Origin: Octopus sinensis
Lineage: Eukaryota
DNA: 63,994 bases
Direction of reading: 5' to 3'
Assembly: GCF_006345805.1 (NCBI RefSeq)
Contig: NC_043025.1
Location: 9,982,007 to 10,046,000, forward strand
The notes below the pieces were generated by a model, which was not told the DNA's origin, did no database searches, and saw only the letters and a program-made list of their open reading frames with translations. Position numbers and translations under genes: made by a program. Shown one piece after another: positions 26,840-38,800 of the stretch; positions within the stretch are counted from its first letter, which is position 1; the number at the start of each line of letters is the position of its first letter.

Positions 26840-28700
26840 CACACACACATCTACACACACACATGAACCACACACGTACGACACATACATGCACCCACAT
26901 TCACACACATCTACACACACACATGAACACACACGTACAGACACAACATGACACCACATTCACACACATCTCACACACACCATGAACACACGTACAGACA
27001 CATACATGAACCCACATTCACACACATCTACACACACACATGAACACACACGTACAGACACATACATGCACCCACATTCACACACATCTACACACACACA
27101 TGAACACACACGTACAGACACATACATGCACCCACATTCACACACATCTACACACAACAAACACACACGTACAGACACATACATGAACCCACATTCACAC
27201 ACATCTACACACACACATGAACACACACGTACAGACACATACATGCACCCACATTCACACACATCTACACACACACATGAACACACACGTACAGACACAT
27301 ACATGAACCCACACTCACACACATCTACACACACACATGAACACACACGTACAGACACATACATGCACCCACATTCACACACATCTACACACACACATGA
27401 ACACACACGTACAGACACATACATGCACCCACATTCACACACATCTACACACACACATGAACACACACGTACAGACACATACATGCACCCACATTCACAC
27501 ACATCTACACACACACATGAACACACACGTACAGACACATACATGAACCCACATTCACACACTCTACACACACACATGAACACACAAGTACAGACACCAT
27601 ACATGCACCCACATTCACACAATCTACACACACAAATGAACACACACGTACAGACACATACATGCACCCACATTCACACACATCACACACACACATGAAC
27701 ACACACGTACAGACACATACATGCACCCACATTCACACACATCTACACACACACATGAACACACCGTACAGACACATACATGCACCCACATTCACACACA
27801 TCTACACACACAATGAACACACACGTACAGACACATACATGAACCCACACTCACACACATCTACACACACACATGAACAACACACGTAACGACACATACA
27901 TGCACCCACATTCACACACATCTACACACACACATGAACACACACGTACAGACACATACATGCACCCACATTCACACACATCTACACACACACATGAACA
28001 CACACGTACAGACACATACATGCACCCACATTCACACACACATCTACACACACACATGAACACACACGTACAGACACATACATGAACCCACATTCACACA
28101 CATCTACACACACACATGAACACACAAGTACAGACACATACATGCACCCACATTCACACACATCTACACACACACATGAACACACACGTACAGACACATA
28201 CATGCACCCACATTCACACACATCTACACACACACATGAACACACACGTACAGACACATACATGCACCCACATTCACACACATCTACACACACACATGAA
28301 CACACACGTACAGACACATACATGAACCCACATTCACACACATCTACACACACACATGAACACACACGTACAGACACATACATGCACCCACATTCACACA
28401 CATCTACACACACACACACACACATCTACACACACACATGAACACACACGTACAGACACATACATGCACCCACATTCACACACATCTACACACACACATG
28501 AACACACACGTACAGACACATACATGCACCCACATTCACACACACATCTACACACACACATGAACACACATGTACAGACACACACACACACATCTACACA
28601 CACACACACACATGAACACACAGTACAGACACATACATGAACCCACATTCACACACACATCTACACACCACATGAACACACACATATGGACACATACATG
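26840..28700. repeat. 60-bp minisatellite, about 30 copies
   Basis: cacacacatctacacacacacatgaacacacacgtacagacacatacatg(c/a)acccacatt; successive 60-nt lines are nearly identical (e.g. 27181-27540). Confidence 0.95.
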
Positions 28701-28959
28701 CACACATATGCATCAACACATACATACATATGCACGCATACCTTCACATGCACATCTACACACACACCACACACATGAACACACACATATGGACACACGC
28801 ATGCACATACACACTAAATTATGCAATATTACCCACAGAGCTTAAATTGATGGCGCCAGAAGTGTAATGGGAAATGGTGCATCTACTGCACAACCATTAG
28901 CAACATGCCACAAATGTTAGCAACAATTGGCAACAAGCCACAACTGTTGTTAACACCAG

Positions 28960-29575
28960 AAATATTGGCTTCAAATTTTGGCACAAGGCCAGCAATTTTG
29001 CGAGAGTGGGTCAGCCAATTACATTGACCCCGAGTACTTAATTTATTGACCCTAAAAGAATGAATGGCACAGTTGACCCCGGTGGAATTTGAACTCAGAA
29101 TGTAAAGACATTTTGCTAACAATACTTATTTCTTTACTACCCACAAGGGGCTAAACACAGAGGGGACAAACAAGGACAGACAGGCAGATTAAGTTGATTA
29201 TATATCGACCCCAGTACATAACTGGTACTTATTTAATCGACCCCGAAATGATGAAAGGCAAAGTCGACCTCAGCGGAATTTGAACTCAGAACGTAGCAGC
29301 AGACGAAATACCTATTTCTTTACTACCCACAAGAGGCTAAACACAGAGAGGACAAACAAGGACAGACAAATGGATTAAGTCGATTATATATCGACCCCAG
29401 AGCGTAACTGGTACTTAATTTATCGACCCCGAAAGGATGAAAGGCAAAGTCGACCTCGGCGGAATTTGAACTCAGAACGTAGCAGCAGACGAAATAACTA
29501 TTTCTTTACTCCCCACAAGGGGCTAAACACAGAGGGGACAAACAAGGACAGACAGAAAGATTAAGTCGATTATAG
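28960..29575 (-). mobile_element. SINE family B multimer (two bodies plus a partial) abutting a B-related SINE
   Basis: Junctions at 29312|29313 and 29498|29499 (period 186); 28960-29125 shares the B box and body but has a different tail (aatattggcttcaaattttggcacaagg). Confidence 0.8.
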
Positions 29576-30099
29576 AACCACATGCCTTTAACCTTTCAGT
29601 ACCAACCCACCTGAAATCAGCCCTGCTTCTATGATGAAAAATTCCTAGTTTTAAAGTCATTTTAATTAAAACCGTTCATCAAAATCCTCTGCTAATTTAT
29701 GTTCCAAACTCCAACATAATGACAACAAAGTTATTTTAATGAATTCGTTATTTTCAAAATTAACTGGAATAAAAGCTTTGTATTTCAACAGAAATATCCT
29801 AGTCACATGACTGAACATCCAGATCTTTCCATCATGTTCTTCTTGACTATTTTCGTACAAATCCACCTGAGATTACACTTTGGTTGTATTATACAAATTT
29901 TTTCCTGTTTTAAAAGTGTTTTAGATTTAAACCTTCCACCAAAATTTCATTTAAATCTATATTCTAAACGACAAAGTTATTTTACTAAATTTTTCATTCT
30001 TTACAGAATTAATTGAAAAAAAGAAAAAACCATTCCATCATGTTTTGTTAACCTTTTGATACCAAATCACCTGAGACACGTCTGGTTCTATGGTAGAAA

Positions 30100-30415
30100 T
30101 GGTGGCACGTAAAAAGCACCATCCATTTCGTGGCCGTTGCCAGCCTGGCCTGGCCCCCGTGCTGGTGGCACATAAAAAGCACCATCTGATCATGGCCGTT
30201 TGCCAGACTCGTCTGGCATCTGTGCCGGTGGCACGTAAAAAGCACCCACTACACTCATGGAGTGGTTGGCATTAGGAATGGCATCCAGCCGTAGAAACAC
30301 TGCCAGATCAAACTGGGCCTGATGCAGCCTTCTGGCTTCCCAGACCCCAGTTGAACCATCCAACCCATGCTAGCATGGAAAGTGGACGCTAAACGACGAT
30401 GACGACGACGATGAA
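30100..30415 (+). mobile_element. Retroposon family F
   Basis: Three gtggcac(g/a)taaaaagcacc subrepeats; tail ggacgctaaacgacgatgacg. Confidence 0.75.
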
Positions 30416-30619
30416 TGATCTAAATTAGAACCCCCCCCCATCAAATCTTTGTGTTAATTTATGTTCCAAACACAATCTAAATTATAATAAAATTATTTTA
30501 ATTAAACTCTTAATTATTTACAAAATTAATTAAAACAAAATCCAGTGTATTTCAACAGAAATACCCTAGTCAAATGGTTTAGTTTCCAGAACATTCCATC
30601 ATGTTTTATAATAATAATG

Positions 30620-30990
30620 AAATTATTGTATACAGTGCTCAGGTGCACCACAACTTGTCAGAAAGTGCATATAAAGTACATGCAGTAATGTACAAATGTC
30701 TGGAAAGCGAACAGTGTATGAGTCAGATACATGCTTGCGTGTGTGTATGGAGGGGAGAAAGTCAGGTGTAAGTGTTGGCGAATCTCAGAAAGCATGGAAG
30801 TCTTGAAGGATGCAGTGCTCCGACAACTAACAACTGATGCCGGCAGTTTGTTCCATGCTTCAGCAACTCTCAGCGTGAAAAAATGTTTCCAAAAGTCATG
30901 GGAGCTGTGCTGTTTTCTGACTTTGTAAACATGTCCACGGGTGTTAGACAGGTGGAGTTTGAAATGGTGCTCAGAGTTATTGTTTGTGCG
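30620..30990 (-). mobile_element. CR1-clade LINE 3' fragment
   Basis: Same coding end as 25108-25385 (aactgatgc...ttccatgcttcagcaactct.agcgtgaaaaaatgtttcc). Confidence 0.85.
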
Positions 30991-32618
30991 ATGGTTGTAT
31001 GATGGTTTGTACGATGGTTTTCGTTAACCTTTTTCGTATCAAATCACCTGAGACACCTCTGGTTCTATGATATAAACATTTTGGTTTTAGAATAAACTAA
31101 ATTAGAACCTCCCATTGAAATTTCATAATTTCTATTCCAAATACCAGCTTAATAATGACAAATGTATTTTACTAAGTTCATCAATCTTTTCAAAATTAAT
31201 TAACAAAGCCAATGTATTTCAACAGAAAAATCCTCATCTTATGATTACGCTTCCAGAACTTTCAATTATGTTTTTCTTAACCTTTTTGATACCAAATCAC
31301 TTGAGACACTCTGGTTCTATGGTATAAACTTTGTTTTAGAATGATCCAAGTGAAAAACCTTCGATCAAAATGTCATCTTAATTTATGTCCCAAGCACAAT
31401 CTAAATAATAACGAAATTATTTAATTAAATTCTTCATTCTTTTCTAAATCAATTGAAACGAAGATGATGGATTCCAACAGAAATACCCCCTGTCATATGA
31501 TTACGCTTCCAGATCTTTCCATCATGTTTGTCTAAACACTTTTGATCCCAACCCACCTGAGACAAAACCTGGTTCTACAATACAAACTTCTTGCTTTAAC
31601 CCTTTCATTACTAACTCGGCTGAAACCACTTCTGGCTCTGAGTACAAATGTCTTGTTTTCATAAATTTTGAATTAAAATCTTCCATCAAACCTTAGTCAC
31701 AATTTATGTTCCTAACACTAGCTGAATGATAACTAAGTTATTTTATTAAATTCTTTGTTATATTTAAAATAACTAAAAGAAACACAGAACATCTCAACAG
31801 AAATATGGTAACAAAAGGGTTCAAGTCACCATGATATTTTTAACCCTTTCGATACCAACCTGGTTGAAACCAGCTCTGGCTCTGTAGTACAAATGTCTTG
31901 CTTTCATAAGTTCTGATTAGAATCTTCCACCAAACCTTAGTCACAATTTATGTTTCTAACACTAGCTGAATGATAACTAAGTTATTTTACTAAATTCTTT
32001 GTTATATTTAAAATTAATTGAAAGAAACACAGAGCATCTCAACAGAAATATGGTAACAAAAGGGTTAAAGTCACCATGATATTTTTAACCCTTTCATTAC
32101 CAACCCGGCTGAAACCACCTCTGGTTCTGTAGTACAAATGTCTTTTTTTCATAAATTTTGAATTAAAATCTTCCATCAAACCTTAGTCACAATTTATGTT
32201 CTTAACACTTGCTGAATGATAACTAAGTTATTTTACTAAATTCTTTGTTATATTTAAAATAATTGAGAGAAACACAGAGCATCTCAAAATAGATACAGTA
32301 ACGAAAGGGTTAAACTGATGTAAATTGAAACTTTCCATCAAAATTTCATGTTAATTCATGTTCCAAACGCCAGTTTAATAATGACAGAGCTGTTTTACCA
32401 AATCTTTTCTTATTTTCAAAATTAAATGAAACAAACCCAGTGTATTTCTACAGAAATATGGTAACTAAAGAGTTAAAGTGATCCAAACTGTCCATCAAAA
32501 TTTCGTCTTAATTTATTACCAACACCAGCTGGATAATGACTAAGTTATTTCATTAAATTCTTCATTATTTTGAAAATTAATTAAAACAAAGGCAGCATAT
32601 TTCACCAGAAATATTCTA

Positions 32619-33023
32619 GGGCGCAGGAGTGGCTGTGTGGTAAGTAGCTTGCTAACCAACCACATGGTTCTGGGTTCAGTCCCACTGCGTGGCCTCTTGG
32701 GCAAGTGTCTTCTGCTATAGCCCCAGGCCGACCAATGCCTTGTGAGTGGATTTGGTAGATGAAAACTGAAAGAAGCCTGTCGTATATATGTATATATATA
32801 TATGTATGTGCGTGTATATGTTTGTCCCTCTAGCATTGCTTGACAACCGATGCCGGTGTGTTTACGTCCCCGTCACTTAGCAGTTCGGCAAAAGAGACCG
32901 ATAGAATAAGTACTGGGCTTACAAAAGAATAAGTCCCGGGGTCGATTTGCTCGACTAAAGGCGGTGCTCCGGCATGGCCGCAGTCAAATGACTGAATCAA
33001 GTAAAAGAGTAAAAGAGTAAAAG
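32619..33023 (+). mobile_element. SINE family A, full length
   Basis: ggcgcaggagtggctgtgtggtaag...gggttcagtcccactgcgtgg...gggcaagtgtctt...(TA)n...tail (gtaaaaga)n. Confidence 0.9.
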
Positions 33024-33219
33024 TGTATAGGTCTGCCGGATCAGGACTGACTCAGGGCTAAAAAACCCACCACCACTACAACAACAACAACAACCACCTT
33101 ATCGTACATTGAAATCTTTAAGTAAGACAGAATCAGCTTTGGAGTTCTGTCTGTGCCTTAAGCAATTGATGAATTATTGAGTAGAGAGAACCAGGTATGT
33201 ATAAAAATATGTGTGTGTG

Positions 33220-33251
33220 TTTATATTGCACTATTTAATAATTTTTTCCTC

Positions 33252-33293
<42 letters not shown>

Positions 33294-33380
33294 ATGTGTG
33301 TGTTTGTGTGTGTGTGTGTGTGTCTGTGTGCATAGATATGTGAATGTATTTATCTATATATATATATATATATCTATAAA

Positions 33381-33411
<31 letters not shown>

Positions 33412-33584
33412 TTATATATATGCATATATATATATATATTTACACACACACACACACACACTCACACACACATATATGTATGTATGTTTGTATGTGTGTG
33501 TGTGTGTGTATGTGTGTGTGTGTGTGCATAGGTATGTGAATGTATTTATCTATATATGTATATCTATAAATGTGTGTGTGTGTG

Positions 33585-33630
<46 letters not shown>

Positions 33631-33676
33631 TGCATATATATAAATATTTATATATAAATATGTATACATAGACATG

Positions 33677-33725
<49 letters not shown>

Positions 33726-33862
33726 GCATATATATATATATTTGCACACACACACACACATATATATATGTATGTATGTGTGTGTGTATGTGTGTGTATG
33801 TATGTGTGTGTGCATAGATATTTAAATGTATTTATCTATATATGCGTATATCTATAAATGGA

Positions 33863-33897
<35 letters not shown>

Positions 33898-34019
33898 GCA
33901 TGTGCATATATATATGAATATTCATATATAAATATGTATACATAGGCATGTATGTATATATATATATATTTATATATATGCATATATATTTGCATGCCCA
34001 CACACACAGACATGTATGT

Positions 34020-34058
<39 letters not shown>

Positions 34059-34421
34059 TGTGTGTGTGTGTGTGTGTGCATGCGTGCATGGGGTGGGGTG
34101 TATGTAAGTGCATATATCGATATACAAATATCTCAGTATGTCAACTTGTGTGTTCAGCAGATATGCAAATATTATCTTAAAGAACGAAGAAAAAATTTTA
34201 CAAAGAAACAAATATTATCTTACTTTATATTTATGATTGTTCACACAGACACACACACACACATGTATGCATATATATATATATATATACATATATATGA
34301 ACAGATACATGTATACATATATGCATGTGTACATACATATATAGGTGGGTGTATATGTATAGGTGCGTGTGTGTACATATGTACATGTACATATATTTAT
34401 AACTATATATCAATATATAGT

Positions 34422-34468
<47 letters not shown>

Positions 34469-34610
34469 TATATATATATATATGTATATATATATGTATG
34501 TAGTATGTATATAATTATATATATATATATATATGTATGTATGTACATATGTGTGTATATATATCTGTACATTTTTATAGGCACAAACTTATGCATATAT
34601 ATATATATGC

Positions 34611-34658
<48 letters not shown>

Positions 34659-34936
34659 TGAAACTAAACGATGATTATGTTGACGATATATACACAAGCA
34701 TATATATATATATGCATAAGTTTGTGCCTATAAAAATGTACAGATATATATACACACATATGTACATACATACATATATATATATATATAATTATATACA
34801 TACATACATATATATATATATATAATATATATATATATAATTATATACATACATACATACATATATATATACATATATATATATATATAATTATATACAT
34901 ACATACATACATATATATATACTATATATATATATA

Positions 34937-34994
<58 letters not shown>

Positions 34995-35000
34995 TACATA
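33220..35000. repeat. (TA)/(TG)/(CA) microsatellite field with higher-order and inverted duplications
   Basis: gtgcatag(a/g)tat.t.aatgtatttatctata recurs near 33328, 33525 and 33811; inverted arms at 34503-34610 and 34698-34803. Confidence 0.85.
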
Positions 35001-35019
35001 TATGGCAGAGAAAGGAACA

Positions 35020-35280
35020 GATCCCCCTGTGAACTACGTTAAGGGCGTGCGTGTCTGTGGAGTACTCAGTCACTTGCAAGTTAGTTTCAGAAGCAGGCCG
35101 TTCGGTTGATCGCATCAAGTGGAACTCGTCATTGTAACTGACATAATGCCAGTTAGTCTCCCTGTTGGTGAAGGCACATGGCTGAGTGGTTAGTGTATTT
35201 GGCTCATGGTCGTATGGATGTGAGTTCAATATCCAGTAGTGCATTATGTCCTTGAGCAAGATGTTCTATTTCACACTAGC
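35020..35280 (+). mobile_element. SINE family D tail followed by family E head
   Basis: gaactacgttaagggcgtgcgtgtctgtggagtactcag matches the 7090-7200 tail; gtgaaggcacatggctgagtggttag...gagttcaatatcc is a tRNA-like head. Confidence 0.6.
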
Positions 35281-35330
35281 AGAGATACCTGACATTGCTC
35301 AGGATTAAAGTGGCATAGTTTGTACATATC

Positions 35331-35744
35331 TATTTCTTTATTACCCACAAGGGGCTAAACACAGAGAGGACAAACAAGGACAGACAAACGGTTTAAGTCG
35401 ATTTAATTGACCCCAGTGCGTAACTGGTACTTATTTAATCGACTCCGAAAGGATGAAAGGCAAAGTCGACCTCGGCGGAATTTGAACTCAGAATGTAGCA
35501 GCAGACGAAATACCTATTTCTTTACTACCCACAAGGGGCTAAACATAGAGGGGACAAACAAGGACAGACATAGGTATTAAGTCGATTACATCGACCCGAG
35601 TGCGTAACTGGTACTTAATTTATCGACCCCGAAAGGATAAAAGGCAAAGTCGACCTCGGCGGAATTTGAACTCACAACGTAACGCAGACGAAATACCGCT
35701 AAGCATTTTGCCCAGCATGCTAACGTTTCTGCCAGCTCGCCGCC
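35331..35744 (-). mobile_element. SINE family B dimer with 12-bp TSD
   Basis: Junction at 35514|35515; head 35698-35744; tttgtacatatc at 35319-35330 and 35745-35756. Confidence 0.9.
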
Positions 35745-35756
35745 TTTGTACATATC

Positions 35757-35895
35757 ATCATCATCATCGTTTAACGTCCGCTTTCCATGCTAGCATGGGT
35801 TGGACGATTTTGACTGAGGGCTGGCGAACCAGATGGCTGCACCAGGCTCCAATCTTGATTTGGCAGGATTTCTACAGCTGGATACCCTTCCTAAT
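35757..35895 (-). mobile_element. Retroposon family F, 3' fragment
   Basis: atcatcatcgtttaacgtccgctttccatgctagcatgggttgg. Confidence 0.75.
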
Positions 35896-35899
35896 GTAA

Positions 35900-38800
35900 T
35901 ATATATATTAATATATATATTACATTCATGTTGAAACAGGTTATACAGGAAAGTGCAGCATTGATAACAAAACATTTGTAGAGTAAATGTTAAATCTTTG
36001 CATAAGCAACAATTTGAGTTTAATACACCAATTTGGACAGAATTATCATTTTTATAAGAATGGGATGGATCATATCTGAAAGCAGCTCCAGGTGTTGTGA
36101 AGAGCGAATTTGTATGAGGTCTGTTTCTGCGAGCTATTCTATTGGACCTCTGTGCAATCTGGTGTGACAAACATCGTTTTAATGATTTAGCATTAAGTGC
36201 TGTCACATGCCTTTGCCGATCTTGGGAAAGTCTCATCTCCTTTCTGTCTTGAGACACCATCTGATGTCCTGTGGCATGCCTTTGCTGATCTTGAGAAAGT
36301 CTCATCTCCCTTCTGTCTTGAGACACCATCTGATGTGCTGTGGTATGCCTTTGCTGATCTTGAGAAAGTCTCATCTCCTTTCTGTCTTGAGACACCATCT
36401 GATGTGCTGTGGTATGCCTTTGCTGATCTTGAGAAAGTCTCATCTCTTTCTGTCTTGAGACACCATCTGATGTGCTGTGGTATGCCTTTGCTGATCTTGA
36501 GAAAGTCTCATCTCCTTTCTGTCTTGAGACACCATCTGATGTGCTGTGGTATGCCTTTGCTGATCTTGAGAAAGTCTCATCTCCTTTCTGTCTTGAGACA
36601 CCATCTGATGTGCTGTGGTATGCCTTTGCTGATCTTGAGAAAGTCTCATCTCCTTTCTGTCTTGAGACACCATCTGATGTGCTGTGGTATGCCTTTGCTG
36701 ATCTTGAGAAAGTCTCATCTCCTTTCTGTCTTGAGACACCATCTGATGTGCTGTGGTATGCCTTTGCTGATCTTGAGAAGTCTCATCTCCTTCTGTCTTG
36801 AGACACCATCTGATGTGCTGTGGTATGCCTTTGCTGATCTTGAGAAAGTCTCATCTCCTTTCTGTCTTGAGACACCATCTGATGTGCTGTGGTATGCCTT
36901 TGCTGATCTTGAGAAGTCTCATCTCCTTTCTGTCTTGACACACCATCTGATGTGCTGTGGTATGCCTTTGCTGATCTTGAGAAAGTCTCATCTCCTTTCT
37001 GTCTTGAGACACCATCTGATGTGCTGTGGTATGCCTTTGCTGATCTTGAGAAAGTCTCATCTCCTTTCTGTCTTGAGACACCATCTGATGTGCTGTGTAT
37101 GCCTTTGCTGATCTTGAGAAAGTCTCATCTCCTTTCTGTCTTGAGACACCATCTGATGTGCTGTGGTATGCCTTTGCTGATCTTGAGAAAGTCTCATCTC
37201 CTTTCTGTCTTGAGACACCATCTGATGTGCTGTGGCTTGCCTTTGCTGATCTTGAGAAAGTCTCATCTCCTTTCTGTCTTGAGACACCATCTGATGTGCT
37301 GTGGCTTGCCTTTGCTGATCTTGAGAAAGTCTCATCTCCTTTCTGTCTTGAGACACCATCTGATGTGCTGTGGCTTGCCTTTGCTGATCTTGAGAAAGTC
37401 TCATCTCCCTTCTGTCTTGAGACACCATCTGATGTCCTGTGGCATGCCTTTGCCGATCTTGAGAAAGTCTCATCTCCTTTCTGTCTTGAGACACCATCTG
37501 ATGTCCTGTGGCATGCCTCTGCTGATCTTGAGAAAGTCTCATCTCCCTTCTGTCTTGAGACACCATCTGATGTCCTGTGGCATGCCTTTGCCGATCTTGA
37601 GAAAGTCTCATCTCCTTTCTGTCTTGAGACACCATCTGATGTCCTGTGGCATGCCTCTGCTGATCTTGAGAAAGTCTCATCTCCCTTCTGTCTTGAGACA
37701 CCATCTGATGTCCTGTGGCATGCCTTTGCTGATCTTGAGAAAGTCTCATCTCCCTTCTGTCTTGAGACACCATCTGATGTCCTGTGGCATGCCTCTGCTG
37801 ATCTTGAGAAAGTCTCATCTCCTTTCTGTCTTGAGACACCATCTGATGTCCTGTGGCATGCCTTTGCTGATCTTGAGAAAGTCTCATCTCCCTTCTGTCT
37901 TGAGACACCATCTGATGTCCTGTGGCATGCCTTTGCTGATCTTGAGAAAGTCTCATCTCCTTTCTGTCTTGAGACACCATCTGATGTCCTGTGGCATGCC
38001 TCTGCTGATCTTGAGAAAGTCTCATCTCCTTTCTGTCTTGAGACACCATCTGATGTGCTGTGGCATGCCTCTGCTGATCTTGAGAAAGTCTCATCTCCCT
38101 TCTGTCTTGAGACACCATCTGATGTCCTGTGGCATGCCTCTGCTGATCTTGAGAAAGTCTCATCTCCTTTCTGTCTTGAGACACCATCTGATGTCTGTGG
38201 CATGCCTTTGCTGATCTTGAGAAAGTCTCATCTCCCTTCTGTGTCTTGAGACACCATCTGATGCCTGTGGCATGCCTCTGCTGATCTTGAGAAAGTCTCA
38301 TCTCCTTTCTGTCTTGAGACACCATCTGATGTCCTGTGGCATGCCTCTGCTGATCTTGAGAAAGTCTCATCTCCTTTCTGTCTTGAGACACCATCTGATG
38401 TCTGTGGCATGCCTTTGCTGATCTTGAGAAAGTCTCATCTCCCTTCTGTCTTGAGACACCATCTGATGTCCTGTGGCATGCCTCTGCTGATCTTGAGAAA
38501 GTCTCATCTCCTTTCTGTCTTGAGACACCATCTGATGTCCGCATGTGCTCTCTGCTGATCTTGAGAAGTCTCATCTCCTTTCTGTCTTGAGAACCATCTG
38601 ATGTCCTGTGGCATGCCTCTGCTGATCTTGAGAAAGTCTCATCTCCTTTCTGTCTTGAGACAACATCTGATGTCCTGTGGCATGCCTCTGCTGATCTTGA
38701 GAAAGTCTCATCTCCTTTCTTTCTTGAGACACCATCGATGTGCTGTGGTATGCCTTTGCTGATCTTGAGAAAGTCTCATCTCCTTCTGTCTTGAGACACC

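Larger units (their letters stand above)
29589..32615. mobile_element. Array of piggyBac-like MITEs: three young tandem copies (31600-31819, 31844-32064, 32089-32309) among older degenerate copies
   Basis: TTAA|CCCTTTC ... (G/A)AAAGGG|TTAA termini; spacer gtcaccatgatattt repeated, period 244-245; degenerate starts ttaacctt.... near 29590, 30048, 31025 and 31277. Confidence 0.75.

Noticed and set aside
26960-28648. His/Thr- and Cys/Val-rich repeat ORFs (metal-binding-like)
   Set aside because: Translations of a 60-bp CA-rich minisatellite, open on both strands.
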